Program-made: the position numbers and the translations under genes
Part shown: piece by piece, positions 54,601 through 64,000 of the stretch
Numbering within the stretch: the stretch's first letter is position 1
How the letters are laid out: the number at the start of each line of letters is the position of its first letter
Source: Adineta vaga
Lineage: Eukaryota; Animalia; Rotifera
Assembly: GCA_021613535.1 (NCBI GenBank)
Contig: CP075497.1
Coordinates: forward strand, 8,928,001 to 8,992,000
Length of the DNA: 64,000 bases
Direction of reading: 5' to 3'
Notes under the pieces: model-generated
What the model was told of the DNA's origin: nothing
Databases searched by the model: none
What the model saw: the letters and a program-made list of their open reading frames with translations, nothing else

Positions 54601-55934
54601 GAAGATCGAAAAAGTCTGGCATTAGTTGCCGGTTCTGAATGTCATACACAAAATTACGTAGAAAAATACATTCAATATGCATCGGCTGTTGATTCATTAC
54701 TTTTACTTGATCAATTAAGACAAGTACGATGAATATAATAAGATTACGAACAAAAGTTCATTTTTTTTTCTTAATTTATTAGGAAGTATCTTTAGCAGAA
54801 AGTTCTGCTAAACAACAAACAATTCGAAAAGCAACTAGCGTACCCAATATAGCGAATCAACTAGGGAATACTGTAAGTTTGCATTTCAACTCTCATATTG
54901 AAAATCCATTTATCAAAAGTGCTGCGTGATTGTCATATTAATCATTCGATAGCGTGATACGACACTTGAGAAGAATCATTAAGACTGATTGTTCTTGAAA
55001 TTCTGATTCGTTTTTAAAATAACATTTGAGATTTTCAATTTTGTATAGAGTCTTTCAATTGCACCAATTAATTCTCGTCGAGAAAAAGATGAAGATCAAT
55101 CATCTCCATTAAAAAAATCTCCATCCATTCAAGCAGATTCATCATCTCGTGTCAATCCATTCTATGATGATAATAAAACAGCAAAATCTTCATTTCTCTA
55201 TCCACATACTCATCATGATTCAACACCAACACAAGTTAAAACAATTAATACACCATTTTCAGCATTTAGTCGATCAGAAGTCAATGTTTCTACACCCATG
55301 TCAACACGTAATGAAAATCTCGATTATGATACGAATCCTCAACATTCATATTTTGAATCGACAACACCAAGTATGTTATCACGTTCATTATTTATTGAAC
55401 AAGAACAATTACAACCAGTTCAAACATCAAGTATTCGTATTCGACATACATTCGATATTGATGATCATGAAAATCAAATCAATAAAAAGCAAGATAATGA
55501 TCAAGCATTATTATCGATAAGTACACTTGAGGAAAAATATTCTATTCCAACAACTTCTCAAACGAACGATTCAAAAGTAACGGAAGAGCAATCAACATTA
55601 AAGAAAATTGTTGATATTAATGATGAAGAATATCCGATTGGTGCACGAGTCATTGTTAATACCGATCATCAAATATGTAAGAAAACAGGTACCGTACAAT
55701 TTGTTGGAACAACATCATTTAAAGAAGGTACTTGGTATGGTGTAGAACTTGATGAAGCTGTTGGTAAGTAATATTTTCTTTGATGAATCAATAACGATGG
55801 CTATTATGATGTCTTTTTTCTTTTCAGGAAAACATAATGGTTCCGTTCGTGGACAAGTTTATTTCAAATGTCCTGAGAATCATGGTATTTTCGTTCGTCG
55901 TAATAAAATTCAAAGAAAACCTTTAGAAAAATAA
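48621..55934 (+). CDS. KIF13: Kinesin-3 motor, KIF13/Khc-73 type (motor, FHA, CAP-Gly), multi-exon
   Basis: [86 protein letters not shown]-Gly [32 protein letters not shown]. Confidence 0.95.
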
Positions 55935-58900
55935 TCGGATTGCATTATTGTTGTTTTTCTTTCTTTTCATTTGTTATTTATCGTTGAAACGATCTCTAGT
56001 CGTTCTATGCACGAATATTTTTCTTTTCAAATATTTATTTCGTGATTCACATTTCACTAATTATCACTGGATTACATATAACCCTCACTCTTCTCTGTCA
56101 GATTATCATCATTTTTACACACGCATAGCCATCATTATTCTTTCTGTTGTACTAATTCCTTCAGCATTAAATATAAATGTAAACTGGTGTGTGTGTATGT
56201 GTGTACATAGATATACTTTTGTATAGTTCAATTCAATATCGATTCTCTCTTTATCTCTTTTGTCTAGTTTTCGGTGATAATTGTTTACTTCCACCCTCAT
56301 ATACATATACACATGTCCTTTCCTATGTCTCGTTATGTGAATGTTTCTTGTATAAGTTTTTTTTGCATATTTATTATACAGAAAAAAAATCTAATGAAAC
56401 AATTTTGATATTCAAATAAATATTCTTTATCATTATAGAATTGAATGATTTGTTTATATGTTCCGGTCAAGGAGAATGTTGTGTTATGATCTATATTTGA
56501 TGTGACTGTCTAATATGGATATATTTATAGTACATTTGGTTAAAAATATCTATTTTCTTGTCAATGAGGTTTCTGTCAATAAGCGTTTATATATAAACTA
56601 GATATAGAACGGGGCAGCTTCTCCTTGTTTTTTCTTCGTTTCTTTTCTCTCTCTCTTATGTTTTATTAAGCTAAGTGTGGAGACAGAGACAGAGACAGAG
56701 AGGTATAATATTAGAACATCAGTTCACACGAATATACAAGTCAATCAATGATGAATGAAGCAGTAAATTAGATAATGGATTATGAGAATATATCTGTTTG
56801 CTCATTGATTCTATTTAAGGCTATTGACAATGTCGAATAACATAGTTTCTATTACCATTTCAAGTCTGATATTGTTCTTTTTTATTGAATAGATTTCGAG
56901 CAGAAATCCTTTCCAAAATAGTGGAAGAGAAAGCAGATATATATATATATATAGATTGAATTGATTAGATTGAATAGTAACTATTAATAGTTGCTTTTAT
57001 ATGAAAGAAATATAAATAAATGCATACAATTTGAAGCAAATCAATAGTGATTGATGATTTCCCTTTCTATGTTTTTTTGTTTTTCTTACTGTTTTCTTTT
57101 CGATTTTCTCCCATCAAAATTATCATTCTTCGCTCGACAGGATAAGTAATTCTATCTACTTGAGAAGCAGAAAAATACCAATTTAGAACAAAAAAAATCA
57201 GAGTCAAATAAGTTCATCTTTCCTAGACCGAGTGTAATGCTTATGAATTAAGTTCTTATTATATATGTCAGCGTAGGAAGAAGAGAACTACGATAGAATA
57301 AGTTTAGCACAACTGTAATGGAATTTGAATTTTCTTCATGATTTCTTATATTTCTCGACAGTTTATTTGATATGAAATGTCATAAGACTCTTTCTTCTCT
57401 TTTCCTGATTGTTTTTTATTCATGCTCATTTTCGTCTACTATTCATTAGTACTAAAAAAAGAATTTTGTCAAGAAATATAATCATGAACATTAATTTTGT
57501 TTCCATTCCATCTCATTTATACATCAAATCGAATAGATTAATGAAAATGCATTCAAAGAAATATACTTGTTTAGATTTATTAGAAGTAACATAGCGATCA
57601 ATCATTTGCTATCTTATTGTATATATAACATTTTTATAGTTCACATACCATGGTACGTACATATGTGATCGTAATAATTTATGCTGTAGGGTTGCCTAAG
57701 CAGAAGATTGTTTTTATGACAAACTTCTGTTTTTGATAGCCAATTTCTGGGTATAACTGGAAGGAAATCGAGATAACTCTCGATTACAGTCTCAAATGTG
57801 AGAGACAATAGTTCAAGATTGATATGGCTGTTTTCTTAACAGGAAATCTTCGTGCTGTTTATATGGATGAGGGAGTACTACCAACAATACTATATCACTA
57901 TGATTAATACTGTTTTAACTTATTGCTAAACTTATCGTTCTCAAAATTATATGTAACACGAGCAATATTAATGTAAAGACAACGAAGAAAACAAAGAGAG
58001 TATTAGAGAAAGACGAACTCTTCTCTCTATCTCTCTATATTTTGCTTCTTATCCTAGTATTTCTGTGTTCTTCTTTCTAGCAATCGAGAAATGATAGAAA
58101 ATTCATCATAGTAACACGAGAACAACTGTGATGGCAGAGAAAGCTAAAGTTCTCTTTTGTTTATGCGTGTGTATGAGTCGAAGGAAGAGATCGACAGCTA
58201 AGCAGAAAAAACACGATGATGAGAAGAAACGAAGAAAAGAAGAAGAAGAAGAAGAAGCAGTAGCATGGTACATTTTCTTCTCTATCCAGCAAACATCCAA
58301 CTGGGCTGTTCTCGTCTAGTGTCGAGAAACATCTCTCATTATTATTGTGATTATCATGCTCGAACGATGTTACTACTGCACATACATATTGGCATGTACG
58401 AAAGAAAAGAAGAAAGAATGAGAAAATATATACACTTGACAGTATTTCGAACGAAGTAGATAGCAACAACGACAATAGCAACAGCAGCACAAAAAATGGT
58501 GAAACATGTTTGAGAAAAAGGTTATTATTTGTTTTCACAGCTAGTTAGCTAGATTTATTTCACTTTCTTTCCTGATCTTTAATCGTTAGATTCTTTTTGT
58601 AAGTATGTATATCTTAACTACCCGTTGCGTCATATAGATACATAGATCAATATAAGGCCAGTGAAAGAGAAGAAAAAAAGGAAGGGAGGGAGGGAGGGAA
58701 AGAGACAGAGAGAACGAGAAAGAAAATGCCGTAGGAAACTCGAAAACAGGTGCAGACACTAGTATGATTCCGACCGATAAAGATGCATCACGGTGTATTA
58801 GAGGCACGGCCGGTAATTAGGAAAAAGAATGCTATCTTGCAAATCTGTGGATTGTTTAAAACCAGATGAATGAATGAATGAATGAATAGTCGATTTTCTA

Positions 58901-60406
58901 CGCTTATTTATGACTATGAATAGAACGTTAATAAAACATCGATCTGATAGTAATAATATGGTATAGAGAGAAAGAGGAAAGAATACTCGGCAATTGTAAT
59001 AGCACTATCAGTATCGATATAAAATCAATAAAACTAAATGATATTATAGAATGCTAACGATAAGCATATTTTTTCAAAATCTACTATGATTGACAATGAA
59101 AAAAATATGTCGATGACGATTGTGTCGTTGTCGAACTAAATCAATATCCGCTATAATCTTTATTCCGAAATAGTCGTTTTCCAAAGACAAATCTTGCTTT
59201 CTCTATTTCTATTTTCTAACTCGCCGGGTGTTCTCTAATTAAACTGTTGCTTTTTCAACAAGTAATATCTATTTAGAAATTATATATATATATATCTGTG
59301 TGCGTGTGTATATGTGATTATGAAGAGAAAAAAAACAGATTGATACACATGTATTTATAGAAGAAAATATAAAAACGAGTTATTAAGAATAGAGATAAAT
59401 GTAACAAAAATTTTCTTTTCTTATCGTTTATGCTTCTCATCATTGGCTTTAATATTCGACAATGTAGGCATTATTCTTTTACGTAATTTTATTTCTATAG
59501 ACGATATCAAGCTATAAATATCTCCACAAGTTGCTACTGGTAATCATTAAATCTACCATTTGGAAGCATTTATTGTCTAGTTAGCCTGGCGAGATAGTCA
59601 AGCACTAGTGATTGATGTTCTTTTCATTCGTTTATTAGTAGACGTAAAAGTTCTGATCATCGCCAAACAGTAATAACAATAGCAAGAATATTTCGAACGA
59701 CTTCCAGATAAGCTTTGATGTCATCACTACGAATAATCTGATAGTTTCCAGATGAGATTGATGAAAAACTCTCTATGAAGGACGTATCATAAAAAAATGA
59801 CAATTGTCTTTTTCAAGTGAACTTTGACATTCGAAGGACACGACAGACGAGTGTCAAAGTTATTCCTTTGGGATAAACTCCTTTCTCTCTCTTTATTTTG
59901 TTCTAAGATTTTTCTCTTCTGTCCTTTCTTTCGCTTTTGCTTTAGCTTCTTTCTCTTTTTCTTCTCTTTTCTTCTCTCTGGTCTTTGCTTTTCTCTGTTA
60001 TTCTTTAGGAGAGTTCTGTTATGTAGTGTCTCGTATAGAATTATGTAGAGCATTATATTAGTCGATGACGATGCTACATACCAGTAACAACAAAACGCGA
60101 AGAAAGGAGAGAGAGAGAGAGAAGGAGAGCAGACAGACAAACAGATATGAGCAGTACTATGTATACATATTTGCACATATTCATACAAAAAAAGCAGTAC
60201 TGAAAGTCGATCTGGAGAAAGTCTTTTCTATTCAGATGTGTTAATTAGTGTTATGATACAACTGCTGACATAATAATTTCTTTATGATCGATTTTAGATG
60301 AGTTGAAAAACAAAAGAATCCTATTTTGTTTTATTTATTATATTGAATGCATCCGAGTTTTTGATAATCGATCGAGCGATGACACGAATTTGCTCGTCAA
60401 TCATCC

Positions 60407-63400
60407 ATGAATCGATTTGATTGGAACAAACTTTCACCCGACGAATTTGAACGTCTACAGGAGTACATATCATGTAAGTTCTATCGTTTATCTCAATACA
60501 ATTTCATTCATACGTTATCCATTCAGATGCACCTAAGAAGGTCAAAGATGTTGTTGCTATTCTTCAACAAGATCCAGCCTGGTTAGCTCATCGATATGAT
60601 GAGGTATGTTTTTCTTTCACTTGTCGAATATTCACTTTCACCTTCTTTTCTCAATTAGGAATTAGATTATCAAGGTTTTCGACAATTCCTGGAAGTACTC
60701 TTTGATAATTCGGATATACCAGAAGATCTATGTCGACATCTATTTCTATCATTTATCAAAAAACCAGCAATTACTCCACCGATCGATGTTTCATCGCCAA
60801 TAAATGCTCTTCCATTGATCACTGCTGCAATACCACCAACTACAAATCCATATCCATTCATTAGTACATTACCATCACCAGCAGGTGCAACACCAACACC
60901 ATCTCCACCACTGCCATCATCAATAGCAACATCGACATCAAATCGAACATTTGAAATTACCGATAAAATACCTGGTCTTTCATTTTTACCCGATCGATTC
61001 TTTCGATCAAAACGAAATCCAATTAATTTCAATGATGACAATGGTACTAATGGATCTAGTGAAACTAAAAATCGAGCTGGTAAAAGAGAAAGAAAACATC
61101 ATTATTCTAGAAGAAATTATATTGGAATCGAATTTATAGGTGTCTGCCATACAGCTAAAGAAAATCTTATGCGTCGAGGTAATTCTCATGATCAACATTA
61201 TGATTCATCAGGGAATTCTCGGCAATCATCCAGAAAATCTAATCCTTCAATCCATTCGATCCATTCATTACATTATAATGGTATAGACAAAAAACGAACT
61301 ATTCTTTCAGGATATAGCTTGCAATTTCAATACCTTTTAGTTAAAACTACTGTTACTCCTGATGATCCCTGGGTGATTCGCACATCTTTATCTCAATTAT
61401 TGAGCATGATATCTGGCAATGATTCGACACGTGCTGGTCATCATCATAACAATCATTATAATCTTGCAACTGCTCAATCAAGAATACAATTAGAACAAGA
61501 AATTGATATAACTATAGCACGAATTCAGTTCAAAGATATTATTTGTTATTTTTCATTGCTCGAAGGTGGAACACCGGAACAAAAACTCGAATGTAAATCA
61601 ATCAATTCATCTTAACTTAAAAAGAAAAAAAAAACAATGACATCTCGACGTTTCTCTTTTTATTTTAGTTATGTTTATGTTATATGATGAAGATAGTAAT
61701 GGAATATTGGATAAACAGGTTTGGAAAAGAAAATCCTAGAAAATTATTCATATTTGTGCGTTTTTTTCTTCACTCTCTATTAAGGAAACCGATTCAATTG
61801 TTAATCAAATGATGAATGTAGCTGAATATCTTGGTTGGGATGTATCGGAGTTAAGACCAGTAAGATCTAATAAAATTTCTTACTATTAAATAAGTATAGA
61901 TATATATGTACGATCTATTCTTGATTAGATTCTCGAAGCCATGATGAAAGAAATCGATTATGACAATGATGGTGCTGTGACATTGGAGGAATGGAAACGA
62001 GGTGGATTAACTACAGTACCTTTACTTGTTTTATTAGGACTTGACTCTGTATGTATTTATTTGATAAATGAATAAAATTATAGAAATTTTCGTTTTTTCT
62101 CTCTCTAGAATGTCAGAGATGATGGAACACATTCATGGAAATTAAAACATTTCAATAAACCAGCCTATTGTAATCTTTGTTTAACAATGTTAGTTGGTTT
62201 AGGCAAACAAGGTTTATGTTGTACATGTAAATTCATTTGAATTGAAATGATGATAAAATATATAGAATGTTTCTGATTTTTAGTTTGTCGATATGTAGTA
62301 CATGAACGATGTGCTAATCGAGCACCAGCTAATTGTATATCAACTTATACAAAAACACGTAAAGTTGAAACGACCATGTTACATCATTGGATTGAAGGCA
62401 ATTGTCCAGGAAGGTAAGTTAAATAAACGATCTTTTCAATATCTTGCTAATGTTGTTTTCTTTGAAAGATGTGATCGATGTAGAAAATCGATTAAAACAT
62501 ATAACGGTATAACTGGTCTGCATTGTCGTTGGTGTCAAATGACATTACATAATAAATGTGCCTCACAATTGAAACCCGAATGTACATTAGGTCCAAATCG
62601 AGATCATATTATTCCTCCGTCATGTATATGTCCAGCTGTTTTGGTAAAGAAAAGAAAAAGTTTTCGATAGAAAGAGAATGATTTGTTTGTGATGATTTAG
62701 GAACGACCGAAAGTTCCACGAAGTGGAAATGGTCTTAAACGAGAAGAATCCTGTGTTGAAGGATCAATTCAATCTTTTCAAATAAATCCATTACCAAATA
62801 CACATCCATTATTGATTTTTATTAATCCAAAATCAGGTGGTAAACAGGGAGAACGGTAAGTGTAAAGATTTGATTGATAAAAGCTTGATAGAATCGATTT
62901 CTTTTTTCAGTATTATGCGTAAATTTCAATTCTTATTAAATCCTCGTCAAGTATTTAATTTAACAAAATCTGGTCCAATGCCAGGGTAAATTCACTTCTA
63001 TCTAATCATTTCATTCGATTTTACTTCTTTATATTTAGATTACAATTTTTTAAAGATGTCGAAGACTTTCGTGTGCTATGTTGTGGTGGTGATGGAACAG
63101 GTAGAATAAATTCCAAATCGTTTCTTTTTTCAAACTCTACTGTTTATTTTAGTGGGTTGGGTACTTGATGTGATGGATAAAGTCCCATTTGTTCGTCGAG
63201 CACCGGTGGCTGTTCTTCCATTAGGTACAGGAAATGATTTAGCTCGATGTTTAGCATGGGGTGGTGGTTATGAAAATGAAAGTTTAAATAAAATCCTGAA
63301 GAAAGTTTCACAAGCACCGGTGGTCATGCTCGATCGATGGCAAATTGAGTTTAGTACACGAACTGATACCGAAGAAAAAGGCGATGATATTCCATACAAT

Positions 63401-64000
63401 ATAATTAATAATTATTTTTCTATTGGTGTTGTAAGTTATCGAAATGAGAGGAGAAAACAAAAAATGATGAAAATCAATCGTATTTAGGATGCTTCAATTG
63501 CCCATCGATTCCATTTAATGCGTGAAAAACATCCGGAAAAATTTAGTAGCAGGTTGAAATATTTTCATGATTGATATGATTATTTTAAAGAAAAAATGTT
63601 TATCTTTAGGATGAAAAATAGATTATGGTATTTAGAATTTGGTACATCTGAAGCAATTTTTTCTACATGTAAAAATTTACATGAAAATATTGATATTATG
63701 GTAAGTATTCTATCTGCTTTTCTTTATGTAATTGTATAGTTGATATTCATAGTGTGATGGTGTTTCACTGGATTTATCGAATGGACCATCGTTAGAAGGC
63801 ATTGCTTTGTTGAATATTCCGAGTATTTATGGTGGAATATCTCTATGGGGTGAAGGTCATCGGCATAAAAGTCGTAAAATGCCTTTGAATTTCCAGCGAA
63901 AAGATTCGTATGTATATATAAATCTTTGTTGTTTAATTCTATTAATCATTGTCTGTTTGTTTGTTTTTTCAAAGGGAATTTTCAACAAGTTCAACGTCAG
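60407..64000 (+). CDS. Type I diacylglycerol kinase (recoverin-like domain, EF-hands, 2x C1, catalytic domain); 3' truncated by the window end
   Basis: [38 protein letters not shown]-hands [12 protein letters not shown] and [71 protein letters not shown]. Confidence 0.95.

Noticed and set aside
55940-60400. 4.4-kb gene-free region with many short hydrophobic or Lys-rich ORFs and (GA)n, (GAAT)n, (AT)n tracts
   Set aside because: The ORFs are by-products of purine/pyrimidine tracts. The region is most likely KIF13 3' UTR plus DGK promoter and 5' UTR introns.
60659-61591. Very long low-complexity exon in the DGK N-terminus and its antisense ORFs
   Set aside because: Long insertions at this position are common in invertebrate type I DGKs, and the antisense ORFs are shadows of the coding strand.

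Overview
This is AT-rich eukaryotic (metazoan) genomic DNA, gene-dense, with many ~50-85 nt GT-AG introns. That style, plus intronless genes of apparent bacterial, fungal or viral affinity mixed among ordinary animal genes, most resembles a bdelloid rotifer (inference). Ordinary metazoan genes in order: PCGF/Psc-like RING protein, two tandem multi-CBM14 chitin-binding proteins, V-ATPase subunit H, mitochondrial Hsp70, an alpha7-like nAChR, a DMAC2/ATP5S-like LRR protein, PrimPol, SPSB/gustavus, GMP synthase, a TBCC-domain protein, RRN3, SNX9/18/33, kinesin-3 KIF13 and a type I diacylglycerol kinase (cut off at the 3' end). Foreign-looking genes: a secreted BNR_4-type beta-propeller (1-800), a membrane-anchored permuted papain-like protein of probable viral affinity (1230-2380), and a tandem pair of secreted VanY-type M15 peptidoglycan peptidases. 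The most striking item is the second M15 gene (20902-22321). After one intron is spliced, it encodes a single ~444-aa chain: signal peptide, two fungal-type CBM1 modules, a very acidic spacer, an RRRR cleavage site, a defensin-like Cys6 module and a strongly cationic bacterial-type M15 peptidase. Exon boundaries were read by eye and family assignments come from motif recognition, not database searches.
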